DNA of 64,000 bases from an uncultured Chthoniobacterales bacterium. Its GTDB lineage: Bacteria; Verrucomicrobiota; Verrucomicrobiia; Chthoniobacterales; CALDSX01. The position numbers and the translations under genes are program-made. The first letter of the stretch is position 1. Every line of letters starts with the position of its first letter. The notes under the pieces were generated by a model. The model saw only the letters and a program-made list of their open reading frames with translations, ran no database searches and had not been told where the DNA came from. The stretch is taken from positions 75-64,074 of the forward strand of contig CAZZCL010000004.1 of NCBI GenBank assembly GCA_964652295.1, given 5' to 3'. This document shows positions 45,062 through 54,891 of the stretch, piece by piece.

Positions 45062-47017
45062 ATGGCTTCAGATACCTCCCTTCAGGACGTCATCCATTCC
45101 CTCGAACAAGGCCCCTTGGGTCTGATTATCCGGTGGGCGCTGGTGCTTGCGGTCGTGGCATCCGTGGCACTGGTTTATCTATTTCGCGACTTTCGCGGTC
45201 TTGGTACCGCAGACGGCATGGATCAGGCGCAGATTGCCCGGGAGATTGCGCGTGGCAATGGCTACTCTACAAAGGTGCTGCGGCCCATGGCGCTCTGGCG
45301 GCTAAACGACGGAGGCACCGAGCGGCAGGAGGGCAGCATGCCGGAGATTTATCACGCGCCGCTGCAACCTTTCGTCAATGCCCTCCCGCTTTCATTGTTC
45401 AAAGCGACCTGGGCGCAGCCGCCGGAGGAAGGGTCTTTCGTTTTTGCGCAGGACCGCGTCATCGCGGGTACGTCTATGGTCTTCTTTATTCTGTCGGTGG
45501 CACTGGTGTTTTTCATGGCCGCAATGCTCTTCGACAGGCTCGTTGGGGCGGTGGCGGCCATCATGGTGCTGACAACGCACGCACTGTGGGATTTTACACT
45601 GAGCGGCCTGCCTCAGATGCATGCGATGTTTCTTTTCTGCGCTGCGGTATTCTGTGTGCTGCTGGGCATCCGCTCCAGTTTGAGTTCAGGAATGACAGCG
45701 GTGTGGCTGGCTGCAGCCGGGCTGCTCTTCGGACTTCTCACGCTTGCGCACGGAGTGGGCCTTTTCGTGGCTCTTGGCGCCCTGATTTTTGTGGCGGTGT
45801 ATTTCCAGCCCCGGGGCATCGTCATGTTGTGGATGCTCGGGTTTTTTCTGCTCGTTGTGGCGCCATGGGCTTATCGAAATGCGGCCGCGACCGGTTCGCC
45901 GTTCGGGATTGCCCACTACGCGACTGTGGAAGGCGTGTCGGCAAAGACGGAGCCGGATTTGATGCGCAGTTTCGGGGCTGCCGATCTCGAAGGAGTGGGG
46001 CCGCGCGAATATTTTTCAAAGATCCGCCTCGGCGCCGCAGCGCAGGCTGGCGAGGTGTTAAGGCTCATGGGTGGGTGCCTCGTGGCGCCGCTGTTTTTCA
46101 TTGCGTTGTTGCATCCCTTTCGAAGACCTGAGAGCGCCGCGTTGCGATGGTTTCTGTTGTTGTGCTGGCTTGGAGCGGTGCTGGGAATGTCCGTGCTGGG
46201 GCTGCAAGAGCACGCAACTCTGCAGAGAAACAATTTTCACATTCTGTTTGTGCCGATGTTTGCGGCATACGGCGTGGCATTTCTGCTGGTGCTGTGGAAC
46301 CGGACGAATGTCGATGCGAAAATTCTGAAGTATGGACTCTTAATTGTCGTTGGGATTGTTTCTGCGGGGCCGTTTATCCTCAATCTGTTGCCTACGCAGA
46401 AAGGTCGCTTGCACTGGCCGCCATACCACCCGGTTATCGTGGCTCAGATTGGCGGGGAAAAGGGGTGGACGCGCGCCAACGAATTGATTTGTTCCGACCA
46501 ACCTTGGGCGGTCGCATGGTACGCGGATCGGGATTGCTTGTGGATACCGGAAAGTCTGAAGGAATTTTATGAAATCAACGACATGCGCCAGGCTGGAGGG
46601 CGTTCGGTGGCAGGCTTGTTGCTTTCCCCGATTACTTCCGACGTGCCATTCGTCAGCGGTCTGATCCGTGGCACGGAACGCGAGTGGCGACCGTTGGCCA
46701 TGCGCTTGCAGGTGCCCCAGGGTTTTCCCCTTAAGCAGGCTTTGCCAATCCCCGTCGCAGACCGCTTGTTCCCGGATCTGCTTTATCTTTCGGATACCCG
46801 CCGATGGGAGCAGGGCGCGGCCGAGGCGCTCTCGCCTGCTGTACAGGAAGAACTCGAGAAAGTGCGTACTGAAGGCGTTCCGCCGACAGGAGACGGGGTA
46901 CAACCCGAAGGCGGGCCGCCATCCGGAGAAGAGGGTGCCATGGAAGTGCCTGCAACGGTGCCGGAGCCAGAAGCGCCCGCGGACGCTGAACCGCCTGCAG
47001 CACGCGGTAATCCTTAG
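45062..47017 (+). CDS. Polytopic membrane protein, GT-C-fold glycosyltransferase-like (ArnT/PMT-like) with Pro/Glu-rich C-terminal tail
   Basis: First-loop motif DGMDQAQIAREIARGNGYST. At least 10 hydrophobic segments. Late motif SDQPWAVAWYADRDCLWIP. It appears paralogous to the 8059-9765 product. Start at ATG 45062. Confidence 0.55.
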   Translation: MASDTSLQDVIHSLEQGPLGLIIRWALVLAVVASVALVYLFRDFRGLGTADGMDQAQIAREIARGNGYSTKVLRPMALWRLNDGGTERQEGSMPEIYHAPLQPFVNALPLSLFKATWAQPPEEGSFVFAQDRVIAGTSMVFFILSVALVFFMAAMLFDRLVGAVAAIMVLTTHALWDFTLSGLPQMHAMFLFCAAVFCVLLGIRSSLSSGMTAVWLAAAGLLFGLLTLAHGVGLFVALGALIFVAVYFQPRGIVMLWMLGFFLLVVAPWAYRNAAATGSPFGIAHYATVEGVSAKTEPDLMRSFGAADLEGVGPREYFSKIRLGAAAQAGEVLRLMGGCLVAPLFFIALLHPFRRPESAALRWFLLLCWLGAVLGMSVLGLQEHATLQRNNFHILFVPMFAAYGVAFLLVLWNRTNVDAKILKYGLLIVVGIVSAGPFILNLLPTQKGRLHWPPYHPVIVAQIGGEKGWTRANELICSDQPWAVAWYADRDCLWIPESLKEFYEINDMRQAGGRSVAGLLLSPITSDVPFVSGLIRGTEREWRPLAMRLQVPQGFPLKQALPIPVADRLFPDLLYLSDTRRWEQGAAEALSPAVQEELEKVRTEGVPPTGDGVQPEGGPPSGEEGAMEVPATVPEPEAPADAEPPAARGNP

Positions 47018-47101
47018 GCGCAATCTGAACCGTGCGCACGCGTTAAAGGACTGCGGGGCTTGCGCGCGCGCGCGACCCGGTTTTGGTTACGGGTCTTGCG
47101 C

Positions 47102-48622
47102 ATGAGTCAACAGGTGTTTCCTTCCCGTGAGGAGTTCATTCTCGCCGCGTCCGTCAGTAACATGATTCCGGTGGGGATCGAACTGGTCGCAGACCTCGAG
47201 ACTCCTGTCTCTGCGTTCTGTAAAGTGGCGGACAGGGAGTATTCCTATTTGTTGGAGAGCGCGGAGACTAATGATGCGGTGGGGCGATTCTCGCTGCTTG
47301 GTCTGGACGCGCACACAGTGATCTGGGCTCAGGACGGCGTGCTTTGGGAGCGGACCGGGGACGGTGAACCGCGGCGTCGGTCCGCTTCGTCCGATCCGGC
47401 GATAGATGTCGAGGCGCTGCTTGCGCGCTATCGCATTGCAGAGCAACCGGGCGTGGCCGGACCAATGGCCGGAGCGGTTGGTTATCTTTCTTACGATGTC
47501 GCGCATGCCTTTGAACCCGCCGCGGGTCCGCTTCCGCCCGATCACTTGGGAATGCCGCAGATGCTGTTTATGATCCCCGGATCGCAGCTTGTATTCGATC
47601 ATCGCACGCGGCGGATGCGCCTGGTGGTCAACGCATTTCTTGCAGAGAGCGACGCCCCTGAGGATGTCTATGGCGCTGCGTGCAAACGGCTTGAGCGGTT
47701 GTTGGCGCGTCTGAGGGCGCATGCGGCTCTTGCCCCATTGGAAACGCGTGCCGCAGATTCCGTGGCAATACCTTCGAGCAACATGACCCCGGAGGCTTAC
47801 AGAACCATGGTAGGCAGAGCCAAGGAATACATTCTTGCGGGCGACATTTTTCAGGTCGTGTTATCGCAGCGGTTTGAAGCGCCATGCGATGCCGACGCCC
47901 TTCAGCTGTACCGGTGTCTGCGGTTTGTGAATCCTTCCCCCTACCTGTTTTGCCTGAGAATGGGGCCGGGGCGCGCGCTTGTGGGCAGCAGCCCGGAGGT
48001 GCACGTGCGCGTGACGGGACGCGAGCTTCAACTTCGGCCGATCGCCGGCACCCGGCGTCGGGGCAAAGACCCGGCTGAAGACGAAGCCAACGCCAGCAGC
48101 CTTCTGGAAGATCCCAAAGAGCGGGCAGAACATGTCATGCTGGTGGATCTCGCCAGAAATGACGCAGGCCGCGTTGCCGGGTTTTCGTCTGTACGCGTAG
48201 ACGATTTTATGACGGTGGAACGCTACAGCCATGTCATGCACATTGTTTCCAATGTGCGGGCGACGATGTTGCCCGGGCGTTCGGCGTTTGACGTGCTTCG
48301 CGCGACCTTTCCGGCGGGAACGGTCAGTGGCGCGCCGAAGGTGCGTGCAATGCAGATCGTTTCCGAATTGGAGCCCAGCCGTCGGGGTCCCTACGCGGGG
48401 GCCGTGGTCTTTGCCGGGCTCGATGGCAATCTGGATTCCTGCATAACGCTGCGTTCAATCCTTCTCAAAGACGGCGTGGCTTATTTTCAGGCCGGCGCCG
48501 GTATCGTTGCGGATTCCACCCCTGAAGGCGAATATGAGGAAACCCTGAACAAAGCCGGAGCCATGCTTCGCGCCATTTCCATGGCGCAGGCAGCGGCAAG
48601 CCCGCATGAAAACACGGAATGA
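47102..48622 (+). CDS. trpE: Anthranilate synthase component I
   Basis: YLLESAE...GRFS Trp-feedback motif and chorismate-binding domain motifs ([24 protein letters not shown]). Start at ATG 47102. Confidence 0.9.
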   Translation: MSQQVFPSREEFILAASVSNMIPVGIELVADLETPVSAFCKVADREYSYLLESAETNDAVGRFSLLGLDAHTVIWAQDGVLWERTGDGEPRRRSASSDPAIDVEALLARYRIAEQPGVAGPMAGAVGYLSYDVAHAFEPAAGPLPPDHLGMPQMLFMIPGSQLVFDHRTRRMRLVVNAFLAESDAPEDVYGAACKRLERLLARLRAHAALAPLETRAADSVAIPSSNMTPEAYRTMVGRAKEYILAGDIFQVVLSQRFEAPCDADALQLYRCLRFVNPSPYLFCLRMGPGRALVGSSPEVHVRVTGRELQLRPIAGTRRRGKDPAEDEANASSLLEDPKERAEHVMLVDLARNDAGRVAGFSSVRVDDFMTVERYSHVMHIVSNVRATMLPGRSAFDVLRATFPAGTVSGAPKVRAMQIVSELEPSRRGPYAGAVVFAGLDGNLDSCITLRSILLKDGVAYFQAGAGIVADSTPEGEYEETLNKAGAMLRAISMAQAAASPHENTE

Positions 48623-49197
48623 TGCTCGCCGTTATCGACAACTACGATTCGTTCACCTATAACCTCGTGCAGTATTTTGGGGAGTTAGGTGTGGCACCGG
48701 TTGTGTTCAGAAACGATGCCCTGACACTCGAGGATCTGCTGGCGCAGCGCCCCGCGCGGATCTGCATCTCCCCCGGGCCGGGCACGCCCGACGATGCGGG
48801 TATCAGCCAGGCACTCCTCCGTGCGCTGCCAGAGGACGTTCCCGTGCTCGGCGTCTGCCTCGGGCATCAATGTCTCGGCGCGGTGCATGGTGCGGCCGTT
48901 GTGCGTGCCGAACGCCTCATGCATGGTAAAACCTCGCTCATCAAACATAATGAGCGCGGTCTCTTCGCCGGTCTGCCTAACCCTTTCCTGGCGACGCGTT
49001 ATCATTCGCTCATTGTCCGCAGGGATACCGTTCCTCCGGAACTTGAGATCACTGCGGAAACGCAGGAGGGCGAGATCATGGGCCTGAGCCATCGCCACAA
49101 GCCATGGCACGGGGTGCAGTTTCATCCGGAATCCATTCTGACCGTCGAAGGGAGGCAACTGCTTCGGAACTTCCTCGACCTTCCCGCGCCGGGTTGA
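48619..49197 (+). CDS. trpG: Anthranilate synthase component II (glutamine amidotransferase)
   Basis: [19 protein letters not shown] and the catalytic GVCLGHQ. ATGA overlap with the trpE stop. Confidence 0.9.
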   Translation: MMLAVIDNYDSFTYNLVQYFGELGVAPVVFRNDALTLEDLLAQRPARICISPGPGTPDDAGISQALLRALPEDVPVLGVCLGHQCLGAVHGAAVVRAERLMHGKTSLIKHNERGLFAGLPNPFLATRYHSLIVRRDTVPPELEITAETQEGEIMGLSHRHKPWHGVQFHPESILTVEGRQLLRNFLDLPAPG

Positions 49198-49205
49198 CGC
49201 AGTGC

Positions 49206-49880
49206 TCAGGATCCGTACAGCCGCGCACCTGCCTGCAGATCCTTTACCACCGTACAAAGATAAACAGGGTTGGGGTGCAGCTCGCGATACTTGGTGATTT
49301 CCGAGCGGTTCACAACGCGGAATCCGTAACGTTCGAACAGACCTTCCATGCGCCGCCCGGAAAACGTCACCACCTGTCCGTAAACGGCCCGTTCCCCGTG
49401 AACCACAAGGTGATCGAGGAACACATCGATCAACCCGCGGGTGGTTGCCACGCTGCGGGCATGCGGCAGCAGATTCACATGGAAATGCGGTATGTTCGAC
49501 GGTGCCGGCGGGACCTCGCGCCCGGCTTTACCAAGGATCCATCCCAAAAAACGCCGCGATGCCGGCCGATAACGCGGCAGGCGGATGAGTGCGCGCAGTA
49601 CGAGCCATGGAGCCTGCAGCGCAGAATGCAACGCGTAGCGCGCCCTGTGGCGGCAACCCAGCAAATACCCGCAAAGCCCTCCGTCCTCGTCCGTCACGAC
49701 GAAAGCGGATTCCGGTTCCCAATCCGTGTAATAAGACGTCAGAGCGTCGGCAAATAATTCCCTGTCTTCGAATACGGGATCAATGCGCTCCCCGAGGAAG
49801 CCGGTTTCACAACACAATTGGCGTACTCCGTCGCGATCCTGCGGGCGGTACGGACGGTGTCCGGCTTGCGCAGTCGTCAT
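49206..49880 (-). CDS. GNAT-like acetyltransferase (putative)
   Basis: Weak GNAT-like pattern (AFVVTDEDGGLCGYLLG ... GLFERYGFRVV). The start is uncertain (ATG 49880 or 49910). Either start overlaps the 3' end of the upstream glycosyltransferase gene. Confidence 0.45.
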   Translation of the reverse strand: MTTAQAGHRPYRPQDRDGVRQLCCETGFLGERIDPVFEDRELFADALTSYYTDWEPESAFVVTDEDGGLCGYLLGCRHRARYALHSALQAPWLVLRALIRLPRYRPASRRFLGWILGKAGREVPPAPSNIPHFHVNLLPHARSVATTRGLIDVFLDHLVVHGERAVYGQVVTFSGRRMEGLFERYGFRVVNRSEITKYRELHPNPVYLCTVVKDLQAGARLYGS

Positions 49881-51051
49881 GCGGTGGGGAGCGATAAGAC
49901 TGGATGACATCGGTATAGACTGCAAATAAACGGTCAAAGGCTTTTTGCCACGAATACCGGCTGCGCACAATCCCGGCCGCTGCAATTCCGCGTTCTGCAG
50001 GATCTGTTGCCCAAAATCCATCGATCGCATCGGCCAGCGCTTGCGAGGTGTTTTCCGTGGCCCAACCGTCCAGACCCGAGAAAATGAGCCGATCCATATA
50101 GCTGCCGCGGATGCCGATCACAGGGGTTCCGCACGCCTGCGCTTCGAGATTGACGAGGCCGAAGGTCTCCTGCAATCCGGGATGAACGAAAACATCGGCG
50201 GCGCGATAGATGTCGGGCAGATCGCCTGGCCGTTCCAGCGTCGGGATCCAATGAAGACAGCCGCCTTGCGCGCTGCGGCTCACCAGATGCCGCAGGGTGC
50301 CATCGCCAACCACAATCAATCGGTATCGGTCGTCACGCTTTCGCAACATGCCAAATGCTGACAGCAGGGTCGCGAGATTCTTTTCCGGCGCGAGCCGCCC
50401 CACATACAACAGCACGCGGTGACGCTCTCCAAAGCCGAAAGTTTTCCGCTGGTGGAGCCCGGCTTCGCGGTCGGGAAAAAAATCTGCGATGTTCACACCG
50501 AGATCTACGTGCGCCACATTCCGCACCCCCCATTCCTGCAACAACGCTGCCAAAGCGGACGACGGTACGATAGTCCGATCGAACCCGCTGTATAGCCTGA
50601 CGATGTATTCGCGGCAGCATTCCATGACGATTTCGGTCGCAAAATCCCCAAAATATTTCATCGCGGAACGGAAATACGCCTCCGGGAAGTGACTGTGATA
50701 AAACCCGGTTGTCCCGAATCCCAACGCTTGCGCCGATGTTTGCGCCTTCCACGCCACCTGGTAGGGATCTCCGGATTCAACAAGGTCCGGCTGTTCACGC
50801 TCGAGAATTTGCTCGACGCGTTCGAGCCGCCAAAGCAGGCGGTAGCGCGATGTTCGGGAAACCATTGGGGATTGCACCATATGAACCCGCGCACTGCAGG
50901 ATTCCTCGACCCTGTCCGTGTCGCCGGGAATGATCCAGATATGCCGATCATTCTGCCGGTGCTCCTGGATGTAACGGCTCTTCTCATGGAGATAACGGCG
51001 CACACCGCCGCTTACCGGGGAATAAAACTGCGTCAGATCGCAAATCGTCAT
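49807..51051 (-). CDS. Glycosyltransferase family 4 (GT-B fold)
   Basis: N-terminal FYSPVSGGVRRY and the C-terminal GT1/GT4 motif pattern (LLYVGRLAPEKN...VFVHPGLQETFGLVNLEAQACGTPVI). Confidence 0.8.
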   Translation of the reverse strand: MTICDLTQFYSPVSGGVRRYLHEKSRYIQEHRQNDRHIWIIPGDTDRVEESCSARVHMVQSPMVSRTSRYRLLWRLERVEQILEREQPDLVESGDPYQVAWKAQTSAQALGFGTTGFYHSHFPEAYFRSAMKYFGDFATEIVMECCREYIVRLYSGFDRTIVPSSALAALLQEWGVRNVAHVDLGVNIADFFPDREAGLHQRKTFGFGERHRVLLYVGRLAPEKNLATLLSAFGMLRKRDDRYRLIVVGDGTLRHLVSRSAQGGCLHWIPTLERPGDLPDIYRAADVFVHPGLQETFGLVNLEAQACGTPVIGIRGSYMDRLIFSGLDGWATENTSQALADAIDGFWATDPAERGIAAAGIVRSRYSWQKAFDRLFAVYTDVIQSYRSPPHDDCASRTPSVPPAGSRRSTPIVL

Positions 51052-51140
51052 ACGAACAGCTTCCGATAGCGAGAAAGCGGCTTGCGGAGTGGCCGTTATG
51101 GCCTACGCTTCATTTTCGTGCCTTGCAAGGCGTGTCATGA

Positions 51141-51217
51141 CGGGCTGTGGCTCAGCTTGGTAGAGCGCTGCGTTCGGGACGCAGAGGCCGCGGGTTCGAA
51201 TCCCGCCAGCCCGACCA
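51141..51217 (+). tRNA. tRNA-Pro (anticodon CGG), CCA encoded
   Basis: Folded by hand: acceptor CGGGCTG/CAGCCCG, D-arm GCTC/GAGC, anticodon stem CTGCG/CGCAG with loop TTCGGGA, T-arm GCGGG-TTCGAAT-CCCGC, discriminator A, then CCA. Confidence 0.9.
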
Positions 51218-51352
51218 CCAGCACCGGCCGGAGATTGAGGCAAAGTCGGAGCGTGGTAGTGTCATGTTTCAATGGTGCTCAAACAGGTGTGCGAATAAGA
51301 TTGTTGTCAGCCATGGGAATATTCATCTTAGCCTCTTAGTCAAAAACACATT

Positions 51353-51964
51353 ATGACCGTTATCGAAGCCATCGAAACACGTCGCGCAGTAAAACATTTC
51401 GACCCGGATCATCGCATGTCCGACGGCGAGCTTGCCGAACTGATCCGGCTGGCAAAACTCGCGCCGAGTTCCTTCAACATGCAGAATTATCGTTTCGTGC
51501 TTGTGCGCGATCCGGAGTTGCGCAAACAGGTCCGGGCCGCTGCGTGGGATCAGGCGCAGGTTACCGATGCCTCGCTTCTCATTGTGATGTGCGCGGATCT
51601 CAGGGCGCATGAGGTGGATCCCGCCCGGTACTGGAGCCACGCGCCCAAAGAGGTGCAGGATGTGCTCGGGCCAATGATTAAGCCGTTTTACGACGGTAAA
51701 CCGCAGCTCATGCGCGATGAAGGCATGCGCTCCACTGGCTTTGCCGGGATGACGTTCATGCTCGCCGCGAGAGAACTTGGCTACGATTCCTGCCCGATGG
51801 TGGGGTTCGATCCTGAGGCCGTCGCCAGGCTCATCGGTCTTCCGGAAGAGCATGCGATCAGTTTTATGATTGCGATCGGCAAATCGACGAAACCCGCATG
51901 GCCACGCGGGGAACGGTTACCGGATGATGATGTCGTGATTATTGACCGTTACCCGGCGCGCTAA
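51353..51964 (+). CDS. Nitroreductase-family oxidoreductase
   Basis: N-terminus IEAIETRRAVKHFDP...LAPSSFNMQNYRFVLV is typical of the NfsB/FRase family. Confidence 0.8.
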   Translation: MTVIEAIETRRAVKHFDPDHRMSDGELAELIRLAKLAPSSFNMQNYRFVLVRDPELRKQVRAAAWDQAQVTDASLLIVMCADLRAHEVDPARYWSHAPKEVQDVLGPMIKPFYDGKPQLMRDEGMRSTGFAGMTFMLAARELGYDSCPMVGFDPEAVARLIGLPEEHAISFMIAIGKSTKPAWPRGERLPDDDVVIIDRYPAR

Positions 51965-52089
51965 CCCCGCGGGCTGCAGGTTACGAGGCTTGCAGACGGA
52001 CGGCGGAACCGGTTTCCACGCTGGCTCGTCGGGGTCGGCGGAACCTCTCCCGTGGGTCCGGCTGGGCTGTGCGCAAACTGAACAATGCG

Positions 52090-53493
52090 ATGAGTGAGAC
52101 CTGCGATCTTATTGTGCTGGGCGGCGGCCGCGCCTCATCCCTCGCGATCGCCACTGCCAGGGCCGGATGGAAAACGGCGCTCATCGAACGCGACAAGCTG
52201 GGGGGCGCGTGTCCGAATCGCGGATGCGTTCCCTCGAAGTTGCTTATCGGCTTTTCGGAGGCCGCCCGTACTGTGCGTCATGCGGAGCGGCACTTTGTGC
52301 GGGCGGAATTCGCCAGTGCGGGTCTGGATCGGATGTTCGGCAGCGTGAATGAGTACGTGGGAGCAGTTGATGGCCGTTACGAAGAACGGGTGCGCGAGTC
52401 CGGCGCAGAGTTAATCCGGGGCGAGGGCCGCTTTTGCGCTCCCAGAACCGTCGAAGCCGCAGGGCGAAGGTTTACGGCCGAAAAGATCGTGGTTGCGACG
52501 GGCTCGCGTCCCGCGCCGCCCCCGTTTCCCGGTCTGCCTGTGTGGACGAGCGACAGCCTCTTTCCGCTGGAAGCCAAACCGCCGGGAAGTCTGCTTGTGA
52601 TCGGAGGCGGTGTTATTGGATGTGAGATGGGTGCATTCTTCGCCGGGGTGGGGACGAAGACTATGCTGTTTGCGCGGGGCGACCGGTTGCTGGGGCGCGA
52701 GGATGGACAGATCGAAAACGTGTTCCAGAATGAGTTTGGCAGGGACGTGGAAACGCATTGTCATGCTGCGCTCAAGCATCTCGATCACAATGGGGATCGG
52801 TTTCGCGCGACATTCGTTATTCACGGGGAGCAACGCGTGTTTGAAGCCGAGCGCGTGCTTTTTGCAATCGGTCGCGTTCCCAACACGGAGGCGTTGGATC
52901 TTGCCAGGACGGGGTTGGTCCCCAACAAGCGGGGGTTTCTGGAGGTGAACGACGAGTTGGAGACCGCTGTGCCGGGTGTTTATGCTGCGGGCGATGTAAA
53001 CGGCCGATTTATGCTTCAGCATGCAGCCTCGTGGGAGGTCAACTATCTGCGTCAAAAATTTTTGAAAGATGCCACTGGCCCAATTGATCAACGCTTGGTT
53101 GCGCACGCGGTTTTCAGTCATCCGGAAGTTGCTTCTGTGGGCGAGACAGAGGAACAGCTCCGCGCGCGGGGGGCGCCGTACGTCAGCGTGTTTGAGGACT
53201 GGCTTGCGAGCGCGCGGGCGATGGCCATGCGCATCGCGTATCCGCGCGTGAAGCTGCTGGTGTCTCCGGACGATTACTCCATCCTCGGTTGCCATCTTGT
53301 CGGGCCGGAGGCGGCGACTCTTCTGCATCAGGTGCTGGTTGTGATGCGTTTGAAGAACGATGTGCGCGAGTTGACGGACATGATCTACATCCATCCCGCG
53401 TTGAACGAATGCCTTCTTGCTGCCGCCGTGAAAGCCGTGGGAGAAGTGCGCAAGGCACGGGATTCGCGGGAACGAACGCCCCAAAAAGTCTGA
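52090..53493 (+). CDS. Class I pyridine nucleotide-disulfide oxidoreductase (second paralog in the window)
   Basis: CDLIVLGGG and the redox disulfide GGACPNRGCVPSK. I prefer the start at ATG 52090 over GTG 52069. Confidence 0.8.
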   Translation: MSETCDLIVLGGGRASSLAIATARAGWKTALIERDKLGGACPNRGCVPSKLLIGFSEAARTVRHAERHFVRAEFASAGLDRMFGSVNEYVGAVDGRYEERVRESGAELIRGEGRFCAPRTVEAAGRRFTAEKIVVATGSRPAPPPFPGLPVWTSDSLFPLEAKPPGSLLVIGGGVIGCEMGAFFAGVGTKTMLFARGDRLLGREDGQIENVFQNEFGRDVETHCHAALKHLDHNGDRFRATFVIHGEQRVFEAERVLFAIGRVPNTEALDLARTGLVPNKRGFLEVNDELETAVPGVYAAGDVNGRFMLQHAASWEVNYLRQKFLKDATGPIDQRLVAHAVFSHPEVASVGETEEQLRARGAPYVSVFEDWLASARAMAMRIAYPRVKLLVSPDDYSILGCHLVGPEAATLLHQVLVVMRLKNDVRELTDMIYIHPALNECLLAAAVKAVGEVRKARDSRERTPQKV

Positions 53494-53522
53494 GAGTGAG
53501 CCGGGCGACGACGTCAGCGCGC

Positions 53523-54587
53523 TTAGGACAGCCGGCCTTCGGCAGCTATGGAGCGCAAGCGCACTGTCTTCTGATCGAGATTATGATGGGCCTCCTCGAA
53601 GCGGACAGTGCCGCTTCGCGAGCGCATGAGGACCGAATGGGTGATGGCGGTTGAGCCTTCGACTTTCACGCCGCGAAGAAGCGTGCTCAGGGTGATGCCC
53701 GTTGCCGCGAACACAATGCGCTCGCCTCTTGCCAGATCGCGCGACATGAACTCGCGATCGATGCGATCGCCCCAACCGATGTCGATCAACGACCGACGTT
53801 CCGCATCGTCCTTGGGCCAGATTTTGGCGCGCATGCCACCGCCCAGACAGCGCAAGCCAGCTGCGGAGAGGACACCTTCCGGGGCGCCGCCAATGCCGGC
53901 ATAAAGATCGATGTTCGACGTGCGCAGCGCCGGGGCAAGAGCGGCTGCGATGTCACCGTCCAGGATCATGCGCAGGGCGGCACCCTTGCGGCGCACGGCC
54001 TCGACGAGGTCCATGTTGCGTTCGCGATCAAGTACGCAGACAACCACGTCGCGCACCCCTTTGCCCAGGATGCGCGCGGTGACGTCGATGACATCCGCGA
54101 TGGGCGCATCAATGCTGATTGGGAGGGATGGATCGTCGAGCCACGCTTTACGCACTGCGAGCGGATAGGCGAGCTTGTGCATGTAAAACGCGGGCACCTC
54201 CAGCAGGCATCCTTCCGACCCGCCGTCGGAGGGCACAAGCGCCGCAGCCAGACAGCTGATGGAATTCGTCATGCCCTTGCTGACGTTTGTTGTACCATCG
54301 ACCGGATCGACAGCGATTTCGAAATGCGGGGCTCCGTCCTCCCATGTGCCGAGACGTTCCCCTTTGAACAGGCCCGGCGCTTTATCTTTGATGCCTTCGC
54401 CAATGACAACTTCGCCTTTGACGTCGATCAGGTCGAACATCCCGCGGATGGCGTCGCAGGCGGCGTCGTCGGCGTCTTCTTTCCGGCCTTTGCCCAGCCA
54501 TTGGAGCGTGTTGAGGGCGGCGGCTTCGGTGGCGCGAAGAAAATCGAAAGCGAGACGACGTTCCTTGTCTGGTGCGGTGGGGTGCAT
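53523..54587 (-). CDS. glpX: Class II fructose-1,6-bisphosphatase (GlpX type)
   Basis: Colinear by eye with E. coli GlpX (ATEAAAL...WLGKG.K..AD.AA..AIR, VVIGEGIKD.AP, IAVDPVDGTT, GIGGAPEGV). Start at ATG 54587. Confidence 0.85.
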   Translation of the reverse strand: MHPTAPDKERRLAFDFLRATEAAALNTLQWLGKGRKEDADDAACDAIRGMFDLIDVKGEVVIGEGIKDKAPGLFKGERLGTWEDGAPHFEIAVDPVDGTTNVSKGMTNSISCLAAALVPSDGGSEGCLLEVPAFYMHKLAYPLAVRKAWLDDPSLPISIDAPIADVIDVTARILGKGVRDVVVCVLDRERNMDLVEAVRRKGAALRMILDGDIAAALAPALRTSNIDLYAGIGGAPEGVLSAAGLRCLGGGMRAKIWPKDDAERRSLIDIGWGDRIDREFMSRDLARGERIVFAATGITLSTLLRGVKVEGSTAITHSVLMRSRSGTVRFEEAHHNLDQKTVRLRSIAAEGRLS

Positions 54588-54720
54588 GAGGAAGATAGAC
54601 GGCTGGGAGAGGGGTCCGACAGGGTGTGTCGAATGTCCGAGAGCGAAAGCAACCAGCGAACTCACTTTGCGCCGAGTTGCAAGCTGAGGGTGGAGGATGC
54701 GCTTCGGGGTTCAGAAGGGC

Positions 54721-54891
54721 TCAGGGCCGGGACTTTGAGAGCGTGGGGAGTTTCGAGCGGGGACAAGCGCACCCGCCGCCGCTGCATTTCCGTTCCGCAC
54801 CGCTGCCCCGGCGCAGGCAGGATCTGAGCAACCACCCTGCCGAGAGAGCAACGACGCTGCCGGTGAGAACGAAATCGAGCGCAAGACTCAT
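54721..54891 (-). CDS. FeoB-associated Cys-rich small membrane protein (56 aa)
   Basis: MSLALDFVLTGSVVALSAGWLLRSCLRRGSGAERKCSGGGCACPRSKL...: one TM helix followed by a Cys cluster. The ATG overlaps the feoB stop (ATGA at 54888-54891). In the ORF track it is hidden inside a longer 130-aa frame. Confidence 0.6.
   Translation of the reverse strand: MSLALDFVLTGSVVALSAGWLLRSCLRRGSGAERKCSGGGCACPRSKLPTLSKSRP

Noticed and set aside
47018-47101. (GC)6 run (47061-47073) and hairpin GACCCG-N10-CGGGTC (47073-47094) upstream of trpE, considered as a trp attenuator
   Set aside because: There is no leader peptide with tandem Trp codons, no T-tract after the hairpin, and no alternative pairing that I could find.
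51141-53493. tRNA-Pro followed by nitroreductase and oxidoreductase genes, considered as a tRNA-integrated genomic island
   Set aside because: There is no integrase or recombinase. I spotted no direct repeat of the tRNA 3' end downstream. The gene composition looks native, apart from a short AT-richer spacer at 51218-51352.
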